This document shows positions 1-11,237 of a stretch of 64,000 nucleotides of DNA, one piece after another (within the stretch, counting starts at the first letter, position 1; each line of letters opens with the position of its first letter). The DNA comes from Octopus sinensis. Its lineage: Eukaryota. Location of the stretch: assembly GCF_006345805.1 (NCBI RefSeq), contig NC_043005.1, positions 95,480,001 to 95,544,000 of the forward strand, read 5' to 3'. A model generated the notes under the pieces. It searched no databases. It was given only the letters and a program-made list of their open reading frames with translations, and had not been told where the DNA came from. Made by a program: the position numbers and the translations under genes.

Positions 1-71
1 TCAACCGTCACATTTGCGCGAATACATTTTTATAACAATATATATATATATCTATATATATATATATATAT

Positions 72-263
72 AAGGAAATGGAGGAACAGATTCATTTCAA
101 TCATCGACTTACAGATATTACCAATTCATATTATTTGTTAACTACATAAATAGGAACATCCAAATCCAACAAAACATGTTCCTATTTAAGTAGTTAATAA
201 ATAATATGAATTGGTAATATCTGTAAGTCGATGATTGAAATGAATATGTTCCTCCATTTTCTT
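72..263. mobile_element. Foldback/MITE-like hairpin (about 88-bp inverted arms, 16-nt loop)
   Basis: 72-159 (aaggaaatggaggaaca...taggaacat) is the near-exact reverse complement of 176-263; abuts a (TA)n tract. Confidence 0.8.
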
Positions 264-270
264 ATTTGTA

Positions 271-385
271 GAGCTTTAAGTGTTTTCACTCAATAAACAC
301 ACACAACGCCCGGTTTGGGAATCGAAACCGCGATCTTCCGACTGCGAGTCTGCTGCCCTAACCACTGGGCCATTGCGCCTCCACA
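271..385 (-). mobile_element. tRNA-derived SINE head, family A (octopus OR1-like)
   Basis: Reverse complement reads tgtggaggcgcaatggcccagtggttagggcagc...ggtttcgattccc (A and B boxes); same head at 4072 and 46438. Confidence 0.8.
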
Positions 386-1248
386 TTATATATATCTATA
401 CAAACATGTATATACATATGCATATATGTATACATACATATATAAATAAATATATATGTATGTATGTATGTATGTATGCATGTATGTGTGTGTACGTATG
501 TATGTATGTATGTATGTATGCATGCATGCATGCATGTATGTATGTATGTAACAGAAGTAACAGAAGATTATATATGATATAACAGAACTTAGAAAAAAGA
601 GGCGTCACTCGCATATGGGTATGCCATCAGGGACTTCTCGTGTTTCCCTTTTGAATATGAGTGTGACCAATACATTAGTTTATAAAAACAAGAATATCTA
701 CTTTTATCGCTTTTCCACGTACAAACATATCAATCAGAAAGATGTTGAAAAGTTCTCGTTAAACAGCGTTAAAAGCCTTTGGCGGATGTGTATACACAAT
801 GAATTCTTGCTGTTGCGCCTTGCATTTCTCTTGGAGTTACCTAGTCACGAAAGCATATTGATACAACCTCAACCCACGAGGAAGTTATCCTGTGACTCTA
901 GAGTGATGTTGTCTGGTATTAAGTAGGCAGTATTTTGAGTTTGACTTTGGCCAATACCCTCCAAGCAACGAATAGGAGTGCTATGTCTGTGATGGTGGAG
1001 GATATACAGAGTTTGATTAATAGATAAAAATAGCAGTAGTGTAATTCACCCAAATAATATTCCGAACAATTTTAAAACATACTTAATGATATTGTATCGT
1101 GTTTAAAATAATATTTAGAGTAAAATTTAATATCATATCATAAGAGACCAAGGGAGTCCATTGTCATACTTATGACTAGTGGAGACGATGGTGGGGGAAT
1201 AGTGAACAAAATTTTTCCAGAGTGGCAACAACAGTAGGAGATTTTATT

Positions 1249-1530
1249 CTAACAGGTCACAGTTCTAAAGATGACGAGAATGTCACCTCGTGCCCGGTCT
1301 CGAAAATGAACGACCAGGAAATAACGAGAGGAAGGGGTGAGGATGTAAAATAAAGATTTCCAATCTGTCAGATAGGGTTCGAAAAAGTAGAAGACCTCGA
1401 AAAAGAAGGACGAACTTGAGCAGAAGACAACCTGAGAGAGTGAGAAGGAGACCTCTTCTCTGACTGACGACGGTGAAAACGATATGAGATTCACGGTCCT
1501 ACGAAGGACGAGCAAGTACCTCATAAACAG
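1249..1530 (-). pseudogene. Possible highly decayed L1/Tx1-type RT fragment
   Basis: VNLISFSPSSVREEVSFSLSQVVF weakly resembles the VNG...SVRQGCPLSP motif; not decisive. Confidence 0.25.
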
Positions 1531-2904
1531 AATGATAGATATTGCTTAGATTTGTTAATTACGGAAAGTAGGGCCAGTATACAGACCTTTAGTAAAAACA
1601 GTAGAACAATATTACCACATACCATGGTTGAATATCCAGAAAACGTTAGTTGTCTCTTGTTTTGCCTCATTCCACACAAAAGATTTTTTGCAAGTTATTA
1701 TGAGTGCAGCGAGCTCCAGTTTGAACTGTGATAGGTGGGACGAGACATGGGGCTGCTCTAACCCGTTGTAACTAGTGAGGTCAGTTGGTTCTAATCCATT
1801 GTGAAGGTAGAAAACAAACCTAATTTTTTCCCAAGATACTTTTTAAATAATATTTTTATTATATGTGTTGCATGTTTCTTTAAACACTTTATTCACTATT
1901 TGTTTGTTTTTACTTACATTTTTGAAGTGCCTTCTTGATATAATATTTCAGAAACACCTTCAGTACTTCATTTTGATATAAACTTGCTTGTTCATCTTAT
2001 ACATTCTGTAAACCTTTCGTCTAAACGCATCAACGTATGAATGTAGTTGGTGCACGAAATGTATTCTGTACGTATGAATAACTTCAATAAAATTGCCTTC
2101 CGTTGCTTAATAAACGAAATTTTGAAATCTTTATCAAATAAAAGAAAGTGTTATTGTTGTTACTGTTGTATTGTTACTGGTGCGGTCGTTGTTATTGTGG
2201 TGGTTGTGGTTGTTGTGTTTGTTGCTTTTGATACAACGGAGAATCAACAGAAGCTGGTGTCGCAGACAAATTACCTTCCGTTTTATAGTTTAATGTGTCT
2301 CTGTGCATTGTTTTCAACCCCCAACCGAGACCGCAATTGGTCTTGTCACTCTTCCAATATCGCTAAAGCAAATAACAGTAATGTAATAATAGAAAAGCTC
2401 ATCCGACAGACGGAACAAAGTGTGACATTGTGTCTGGTGAAAAGAAATCAGTTTTATTGTAGTTATTTTCTAACGTAAAGCCTTGGACTTTCTGAACTGG
2501 AACAGGATGACTTTCTAGTTATACACCACGTGACAGCGCTTGTGTGTGTGTGTGTGTGCGTGCGCACGTGTGTGTGTATGTGCGATGTACGTATGGTGCA
2601 TGTGTTTTGCGTGTGTATACTTATGTGTGTGCGTATTGCATGCACACGTGCGAGATATACTGGTGTGTTGTGTATATTTTATATATAGAATATGCGTCGC
2701 GGGGTGTATAGTAGGGTACGGATATGTATGTGTGCGTGTGTGTGTGTATTTGGTTTCATGGGTACGTCTGCGTGATGTGTATGTATGCATGTATGTATGT
2801 ATGTATGTACGTGTGTGGTCTCTTCTATGCGATGTCTAAGTTGACACGTCCGCGGATCTAGTTTTTTTTTTTCATTCGCCGCTTCTATCTCTTTAACATC
2901 TATC

Positions 2905-3082
2905 TTTTCTTTCACATGTTTCAGTCATTGGATTGCGGCCATGCTGGGGTACCGCTTTGAAAAGTTTAGTCGAACAAATTGACCCCAGCATTCTTTTTTT
3001 CAGCCCGGTGCTTATTCTGTCGTCATGTTTTGCCGAACCGCACCACTAAATTGCAGGAATGTAAATAAGGCAGAGGCTGGGG

Positions 3083-3129
<47 letters not shown>

Positions 3130-3270
3130 ATAGACTTCCTCAGATTTCCGTCTATCAAATTCACTTACAAGGCATTGGTCGGCAGGAGTCTACAACAGCA
3201 GAAGACATGTGCCCAGGGCTCCGAGCAGTGGAACCGAACCCAAACCAAGTGACTGCAAAGCAACCTTCTT
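2905..3270 (-). mobile_element. CORE-type tRNA SINE, family B (OR2-like), diverged, with internal (CA)n
   Basis: Matches the 31909-32359 copy (gccatgctgg tail, aaggcattggtcggc core, cagtggaaccgaacc head). Confidence 0.7.
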
Positions 3271-3826
3271 AACCATACAGCTGTGTCTATAGCAAAAAGA
3301 CAAAAAAACAAACAAACACTAAAAACTAAAAAGAAGAGAGGTGACAGATATTCAGAGAGACAAGTAAACAGCCAAACGGACAGACGGACAGACAAGCAAC
3401 AAAAGAGTTACAAGATTAGTTGGTTAGTAATACGTCTTGAAAAGACGGCTGACATTGGCACAGTTTGTAATTTGGAGGAAAGGAAGGGAATAATTATACG
3501 AACACCGCATCCAGAACGCAGTCAATTCATTTAGTAAAATCCATCAAAGCAGGTGTTTAATTAATGGCGATGTCAATAGAAGAGGTTTTATTTTACTTCT
3601 AAAGGTTCGGAAGTGTCTTTAGGGTGACTCATTTGTCTGGTTGTGTATCCCATGTGCGTTAAAAACACAGTGAAACTACAACAAATTCTCTTTGTAGCAA
3701 TATCACTTTCGGCTTGAGCCTCACTCCCTTCATGTGTCTGTCTCTTTCTTTCTCTCTTTTTTTGCGCATGTGTGTGTTGCGCGTGCGCATGTGTCTATGG
3801 TCTTTGAATTGTTAGAGCATATAATA

Positions 3827-4070
<244 letters not shown>

Positions 4071-4071
4071 G

Positions 4072-4372
4072 GTGGAGGCGCAATGGCCAGTGGTTAGGGC
4101 AGCGGACTCGCGGTCATAGGATCGCGGTTTCGATTCCCAGACCGGGCGTTTATTGAGCGAAAACATCTAAAAGCTCCACGACGCTCCGGCAGGGGGTGGT
4201 GATCCCTGCTGTACTCTTTCGCCACTCTTTCTCCCACTCTTTCTTCTGTTGGCCTGCTCGCTTAGCCAGCGGGGTGGGGTCATTCAACGGCTAAAACAAT
4301 GCGAACGCATTGTGACCACCGATGTGTAACAACATCTGATGGTCTGGTCGGTCACGTGATGATGATGGTGAT
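4072..4372 (+). mobile_element. Full-length tRNA-derived SINE, family A
   Basis: tRNA-like head, body, tail gcattgtgacc...ggtcggtcacgtgatgatgat; tail recurs at 4873 and 5738. Confidence 0.85.
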
Positions 4373-4452
4373 ATATATATATATATATGCGTGTATATAT
4401 ATACATCTACATATATATATACATATATATATATACATATATATATACATAC

Positions 4453-4856
4453 TCTCTTTTACTCTTTTACTCTTTTACTTGTTTCAGTCATTTGACTGCG
4501 GCCATGCTGAGCACCGCCTTTAGTCGAGCAAATCGACCCCGGGACTTATTCTTTGTAAGCCCAGTACTTATTCTATCGGTCTCTTTGCCGAACCGCTAGG
4601 TGACGGGGACGTAAACACACCAGCATCGTTGTCAAGCAATGCTAGGGGGACAAACACAGACACACAAACCATACCACACACACACATATATATACTATAT
4701 ACGACAGGCTTCTTTCAGTTTCCGTCTACCAAATCCACTCACAAGGCATTGGTCGGCCCGGGGCTATAGCAGAAGACACTTGCCCAAGATGCCACGCAGT
4801 GGGACTGAACCCGGAACCATGTGGTTGTTTAACAAGCTACTTACCACTGCTGCGCC
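4453..4856 (-). mobile_element. Full-length CORE-type SINE, family B
   Basis: Reverse complement of the 31909-32359 copy; (ctttta)n 3' repeat; internal (CA)/(TA) tract. Confidence 0.85.
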
Positions 4857-5014
4857 TATATTTACATATATATTGGTCTGCTTGCTTAGCCAGCGGGGTG
4901 GCGTCATTTGAAAGCTGTAACAATGCGAAGCGCATTGTGACCAGGGATGTGTAGCAACATCTGATAGCCTGGTCGGTCACGGTGATCACGGTGATATATA
5001 TATATATACATATG

Positions 5015-5075
<61 letters not shown>

Positions 5076-5199
5076 GGAGAGAGAGAGAGAGAAAATAGTA
5101 AAAAGTGAAAAAACTACAGAAGGCTTGTTTTAAAAGGTTAAAAATATATATATATTTGAGTCAATATGTCTGAAGAATATTATAAATTTTTTCCTTACA

Positions 5200-5690
5200 A
5201 TGACATAGTTTAGAAGAAATGACCGGTTTCGCGTTTAGCTTTTCAAATTTCTTACATTGTTATGTTTATGTTGAGAAGAGTTATCATTATGTTTATGTTG
5301 AGAAGAGCTCTAGATAAGGGGGGGGGAGGTAATAAGTGATTTCTTCCGGTGTAAGGCAGATTATCGCTTAAAATTTTTTTGCCTTTCCTTTGGGGTGAAT
5401 TTCTCTGTATAAGTATGTTGGAATGGTTAAGTCTGGGCTTATACTTTTCAATGAAGAATGTTTCCTTGTTTAGTCTAATTTGTGTTGGTGTTCCGATAGC
5501 ACATTGGTAAAATGGAAAGATTAATAATTGTGGTAGTAGTTGCTTTGCGCATTTCTCAATGTGCTCACTAAAAGGTATCATTCTGTATTCTGGGAATGCA
5601 ATCTGTTGTCGATGCAGTGTGCATCTACGTCTGAGTGATAGTCCCGTGGATCCCACGTAGTCTTGGTGGCAGCCCGAGCATTTTATGACA

Positions 5691-5692
<2 letters not shown>
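5200..5692 (-). mobile_element. Penelope-like element 3' fragment: GIY-YIG endonuclease C-terminus
   Basis: VIKCSGCHQDYVGSTGLSLRRRCTLHRQQI...KETFFIEKYKPRLN fits PLE GIY-YIG; 5'-truncated at (TA)n; hammerhead motif at the stop codon. Confidence 0.8.
5215..5252 (-). ncRNA. Minimal type-I hammerhead ribozyme, U3:A8 variant
   Basis: Minus strand: AGAAAU UUGAAAA GC-uaaac-GC GAAA CCGG UC AUUUCU; 6-bp stem I, palindromic ACCGGU stem III, GUC site. Confidence 0.7.
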
Positions 5693-5742
<50 letters not shown>

Positions 5743-5884
5743 CGTGATCACCGTGACCGACCAGGCTATCAGATGTTGCTACACATCGCTGGTCACAATG
5801 CGCTTCGCATGTTACAGTCTTCAAATGACGCCACCCCGCTGGCTAAGCAAGCAGGCCAATATATATATATATATATATATATAT

Positions 5885-5929
<45 letters not shown>

Positions 5930-5938
5930 TATATATAT

Positions 5939-6325
5939 AAGCAATAATAAATCTCTGAACGAGGCATAGACAGTAACTGCATGACAATGTGAGGTATATT
6001 TGCCATCTCAATATGGCTAACCAATAAGGGTGGATCTTACTGTAGCTTGTAGCCCCAGGAGAACATCTCCTCCAGCTGGCTATGGGCACACTTTCTGTGC
6101 CCTATCGGTATTTGTAAAGGGAGGCCATCCTTCTCTCGTCAATCTAAGTGATACGCACGGACTGCAGTTTCTGAGTATTGACCCATCATCAGCGCACGAC
6201 AATCACCGGTTTTCGATGAAAGGAGTCCCAATGCAAATATTTATATCCTTTTTCCAGTAACTTTTCGTCACTGATCTTGAAAAAGTGTATACAAGCAATA
6301 ATAAATCTCTGAACGAGGTATAGAC

Positions 6326-6326
<1 letters not shown>
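5939..6326 (-). mobile_element. Hammerhead-containing 354-bp unit with 34-bp terminal direct repeats (retrozyme or PLE pLTR-like)
   Basis: aagcaataataaatctctgaacgagg(c/t)atagaca at 5939-5972 and 6293-6326; flanked by (TA)n. Confidence 0.65.
6154..6198 (-). ncRNA. Minimal type-I hammerhead ribozyme, canonical core
   Basis: Minus strand: CGUGCG CUGAUGA UGGGU-caau-ACUCA GAAA CUGCAG UC CGUGCG; stem I has two GU pairs, palindromic ACUGCAGU stem III. Confidence 0.85.
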
Positions 6327-6373
<47 letters not shown>

Positions 6374-6404
6374 ATATATATAGACAGTATATATATAATT
6401 TGAC

Positions 6405-6520
6405 TGCGGCCATGCTGGAGCACCGCCTTTAGTCGAGCAAATCGACCCCGGGACTTATTCTTTGTAAGCCCAGTACTTATTCTATCGGTCTCTTTTGCCG
6501 AACCGCTAGATGACGGGGAC
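6405..6520 (-). mobile_element. SINE family B 3' tail fragment
   Basis: tttgactgcggccatgctggagcaccgcc...gaaccgcta matches 4490-4610. Confidence 0.85.
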
Positions 6521-8280
6521 AAGGGTGGAGCTGTGGTGGTGTGGCGCGCGGACCTCTACAGGGCCGAGGCTCTCCGCCAACTCAATGACACCTCTCACAC
6601 GTAGCTACCAACAGACGGTATCCTCTACTGTCCACGACCTCATCTCGTCCGCCCGTCTCCCCCACACCACATCCAACCTAATTGTGCGAACCCCACGCAC
6701 CCACACCATTTACTTCCTCCCCAAAATCCACAAACCCAACAACCCTGGCCGCCCCATCGTCTCCGCCTGTAACTGCTCCACGGAGCTCATCTCTAAATAC
6801 CTCGACCGTGTCCTTGCCCCCCTAGTGGTGTCTCTTCCCTCCCACATCCACGATACCAACCATGCTCTCCGGCTTTTCACTCTTTCTCCTTTCCTCCCGG
6901 CTCCTCCAAAATCTTTTTTACTATGGACATCCAGAGCCTCTATACCGTTATCCCTCACCAAAGGACTGCGGGCACTTCAACACTTTCTCGCCTCCCCCCA
7001 ACCCTGAACCTGACACCCCCACACTCATTCGTCTGGCCGAACTTGTCCTTACTCTCAACTGCTTCTCGTTCACGGGCGAGTTCTACCATCAGGTCTCGGG
7101 AGTGGCCATGGGAACGCGAATGGGCGCCAACTATGCGAACCTGTTCGTTGGCTATGTTGAGGCCCAAATATTCTCTAATTTCACTGGTCCCACTCCTGAA
7201 CTATACGGTCGTTACATTGACGACATTATCGGTGCCACCTCACTCTCCCGTGAACATCTAGATTCCTTCCTCTCTTTCGTTCAATCCTTCCATCCAGCCC
7301 TCCACTATCTCCAACACCTCTGTCTCCTGCCTCGACATTTCGGTCAGCATTCATCACTCCACTCTTACCACCTCCATTCACTACAAACACACAGACTCAC
7401 ACTCATACCTCAACTTCTCTTCCCCCACCCAAAACACACCAAGCTTTCCATCCCCTTTCCCAATTCCTCCTCTACGTAAGCTCTGTAGTGACGACCATGA
7501 CTTTGAGACTCAGTCTCAACGTATGGCTCACCACTTCATCCTACGTGGATACCCCCTCACCACTATCCACACCGCCCTTGCCAGAGCACGTTCCGTAGAC
7601 CATGCATCTGCTCTCTCTCCCCGAACCCGCCCTGTAGTCTCCCGCCTCCCTTTTCCCCTCACTTACCACCCCACGACCCTACCTCTCCAACGCACCATTC
7701 TTCGAGCTTTCCGGCATCTCCAGTCCGACCCGTCCACTTCACACCTCTTCCCTAACCGACCCCTCCCCTCCCTTAAACGAGCCCATAACCTACGAGACCT
7801 TTTGGTCCATAGCTCCTTCCCTAACCCTACCTCCCAACCTGGCTCGTTCCCCTGCTCCCGCCCACGTTGTCGCACTTGCCCTTACCTCTCCAACACCACC
7901 CTCCTCACTGGCACCCATCATCGACCCTATCGCATCATCAACTCCTTCACCTGCACCTCCAGCAATATCATCTATTGCGTCTCTTGCTCTCTCTGTCATT
8001 CCCTGTACATCAGACAAACGGGACGCCGTTTGGCTGACCAGTTCGCGGAACACCTCCGTGACATCCGCCTTGCCAACGACACACCGGTCTCGCCATTTCC
8101 GCTCCACCGGTCACTCCTTGCAACACCTGTCTGTGTTCGGTTTGTCCTTGCACAGAGGCCATCCGGATTCCCGTTTGCGCCGTGAACAGGAATTAATCTT
8201 CTCTCTTCGCTCTTTTACGCCATTTGGTCTCAACTCTCCCCCCTCCTCATCTAACCCCCCTCTCCCCCTCCTCATCTAAC
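6517..8280 (+). mobile_element. Penelope-like element (Neptune-type) RT + Cys linker + GIY-YIG, frameshifted and 5'-truncated
   Basis: DKGGAVVVW, LPKIHKPNNPGRPIVS, MDIQSLYT, GVAMGTRMGANYANLFV, YGRYIDD, CSRPRCRTC, NIIYCVSCSLCHSLYIRQTGRRL across several frames. Confidence 0.93.
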
Positions 8281-8770
8281 CTCCCCCCGACCCCTACTTC
8301 TCTTTAGTCCTTCATCCTTTCACCCCTACTCCCTTTCCCTCCTCTTCCCTCTTTCTTCTTCCCTCTTTCTCTCTGCTCCCTCACTCCCCTTCTCTCTCTC
8401 TCTCCCTCTATCCTCCCTCCTCCCCTCCTCTTCTCCTCTCCTTTCTTCTCCCCCTTCCCCCTCCTCCCTCCTCTTTCCTTCACCCCCTCACCCTCACCCC
8501 TCATCTCATCTCCCTCCACCCTCCACCCTCATCTCATCTCATCTCACCTTCACCACCCCCTCCTTCTTTCCTTCTCCCCCTCTCCCCTCCTCACTCTCAC
8601 CTTTCCCCTTCTCCCTCCTCTTCTCCTCTTTCCTTTTCCCCTCCTCTTTCCTTTCCCCCCTCTTCCTCTCTCCCCCTCTCCTCCCTCATCTCTCCTCTCC
8701 TCTCTCTCCCCCTTACCTCCCCCTTATATCCTCCCTCCTCCTCCCCTCTCCCCCTCATCTCCTCTCTCTA
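8281..8770. repeat. Polypyrimidine (C/T) low-complexity tract in the PLE 3' region
   Basis: Almost exclusively C and T on the + strand. Confidence 0.9.
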
Positions 8771-9029
8771 CACTACACCATACGACTTTACACATCATAT
8801 ATACATACACACGTCCAGACCTCTCATACGCACTACATACTCTCTCATACACACACACACTCTTATGTTGGGCGAGGTCATTTAACCCTGTTATCTCCCC
8901 TAATTTCGCTCTTGCGTCTCACGTCTGATCTTTGACTTCTGGCCGAAACCAGATCGCCATGTTGATTCGCTAGCCTCTGCACGCATTTTTTTTCTCTCCT
9001 TGTTTCTTTCTGTGTTTCTTTTCTGTGTA

Positions 9030-9067
9030 TCTTTCTGTTGAAGAGCGTAGGCTCGAAACGTAAAAGA
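9030..9067 (+). ncRNA. Minimal hammerhead motif, A6U variant, in a pLTR-like repeat (8955-9170)
   Basis: UCUUU CUGUUGA A GAGC-guag-GCUC GAAA CG UA AAAGA; repeat homologous to 25985-26170 (minus) and truncated copy near 13470-13550. Confidence 0.7.
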
Positions 9068-9198
9068 CTTTTTTTATTTATATTCCTGAGCGCCATACTA
9101 ATACAATTGTTTGTTTGTACTCCACCTGCCTTCGTCTTTTGTTTATTTCATAAAGCTTCCCGTTATATATCTATATATTATATATATATATATAGACA

Positions 9199-9242
<44 letters not shown>

Positions 9243-9383
9243 ACACCCACACAACACACACACACACACACCTATATATATATATATATATTATATATAT
9301 ATATATATATCTATATATATATAATAATCTTGTTATCACATTTGTATCACATCTAAACTATGACTTAACTATCCTCTCACACC

Positions 9384-9435
9384 GTCTCCGATGAAGGGAT
9401 ATTATTAATAAATATCCTAGAAACAGCTGTAAGAC
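9384..9435 (+). ncRNA. Minimal hammerhead motif, U4C variant, in a repeat (about 9330-9490)
   Basis: GUCU CCGAUGA ...GGAUAUU/AAUAUCC... GAAA CAGCUG UA AGAC; near-identical copy at 57652-57703. Confidence 0.75.
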
Positions 9436-9702
9436 CTTCTATCTATAAATGCTCTAATATCTATACAGCCTTGGGTTTTTTATCTCATTACGCAAAAAGT
9501 AAGAAAGAAAAAAATTGATAGGTGTGGGAGGAAGAAACGTGTAAGAGAGATGAAAGGAAACAGGTAGTTACGTGTTAGAGAGAGAGGGGGGAATAGGGAG
9601 AGAGTGAGAGGAAAGATAGTGAGAAAGAGTGTATAAAAGGTAGAGAATACGACGAGTGAGATGAGTAAATAGATGCGTGTGTGTGGTGTGTGTGTGTGTG
9701 TG

Positions 9703-9753
<51 letters not shown>

Positions 9754-10545
9754 GTGTGTGCGTGTGCGTGTGTGTGCGTGTTTGACAAACAGAGACAGTG
9801 AGAGGAGAGAGTAAGAAAAAGTGTTAAGGAGATAGAGAACGACATAGACAATGAAAGTGTGTTAGAGAGAGAGTGTAAGGAATTATTAGAGAGTGTGTGC
9901 AATGGATAGATAAATAGTGGGAGTGTATATTTAAATGTGTGTGTGTGTGTGTATGCGTGTGCGTGTGTGTGTGCATGTGTGTGTGTGTGTGTGCGTGTGC
10001 ATGTATAATAGATCAGCTCGGCGTAATGAACAAGACCGGTGCTGTCTGTCGCAAGTGCACAATTGGGACATTCTGTGTTGGCAATAAAAAAAAAGTTTAA
10101 TGGTTCCGTCGTCAGAGAAGTCATTAGAACAGCGGTTGAAATATACTGGTGTTTTACGCACGCACACGCACACACACACAAACAAGCGCGCGCGCGTGTG
10201 AAGTTCCATACATACATGAAAAATGGTAATGTGTCAGTAATGGATCAGGCCTCAGACATCAGACACCAGACATGTTCATTATCGTCACATTGGTTCGGCA
10301 ACACCGTACTCTAGAGATAACACAGCTACACAACAATAACACATAAATGCATGTGTGTGTGTGTGTGCAGATGGTATGCGTGATGTGTGTGCATATGCCT
10401 GTACGTATATATCGTATAAATATGTGTGTGCTTGCATGTGTGTATATGTAAATGTGAGTGTATATATATATATGTGTATATACTTATGCATACTTATATA
10501 TATAAATGTACGTATATATTGATATATATATATAATATATTATAT

Positions 10546-10577
<32 letters not shown>

Positions 10578-10646
10578 CACATATATATATATACATACAC
10601 ATAGAGAGAGAGACATGCACGCACATTATATATACATAACATATAC

Positions 10647-10685
<39 letters not shown>

Positions 10686-11237
10686 TATATATACTATATA
10701 TATGAAGTATACATGCGTGGGCATATATATATATGTATATTATACGTACAGGCATATGTGTGTGTGTGTGTGCTTGTGCGTCTGTGAGTAGATATGTAAT
10801 CACGACGCCGTTCCGGCATACCCACAAACAACAAACTAACACCAATAAAAAAGATTAAAAGAGAATCCAGAAGAAGCACGTTAGATTTTCTAATTCCTCT
10901 CTTACTTCTCATCCTCCTCTAATTACTGGAGGGACAGTAAAAGCGGAAGAGTCGGAAGAAGAATATAAAAAGGACAACAAGAGAAGCAATCACACACGTA
11001 TCACAGACGCCCGTGATCAATGAAGTGAACGGTGGTAATGTACGGAAATCGACTCAGTCAACTAAACTGTCGTTATTTGCATCAATTAAATGAAATCCTA
11101 TATACTACAATCGGTTTCACATAATTGCGTGTCGCATAATTGCATAATTTGTTTAGTTCCTTTGTTGCATCTCGGGCAGATCATTATGCCAATAATAAGC
11201 ACACGTAGTGATTCTTTTTACAGGTACTTGTATTTTT

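Noticed and set aside
1460-1485. CTGACGA..GAAA as a hammerhead
   Set aside because: Only 4 nt between the core halves with no stem II, and no stem I or III pairing
2047-2478. 143-aa ORF with a hydrophobic poly-Val stretch
   Set aside because: The stretch comes from (GTT/GTG)n repeats; no domain or splice support
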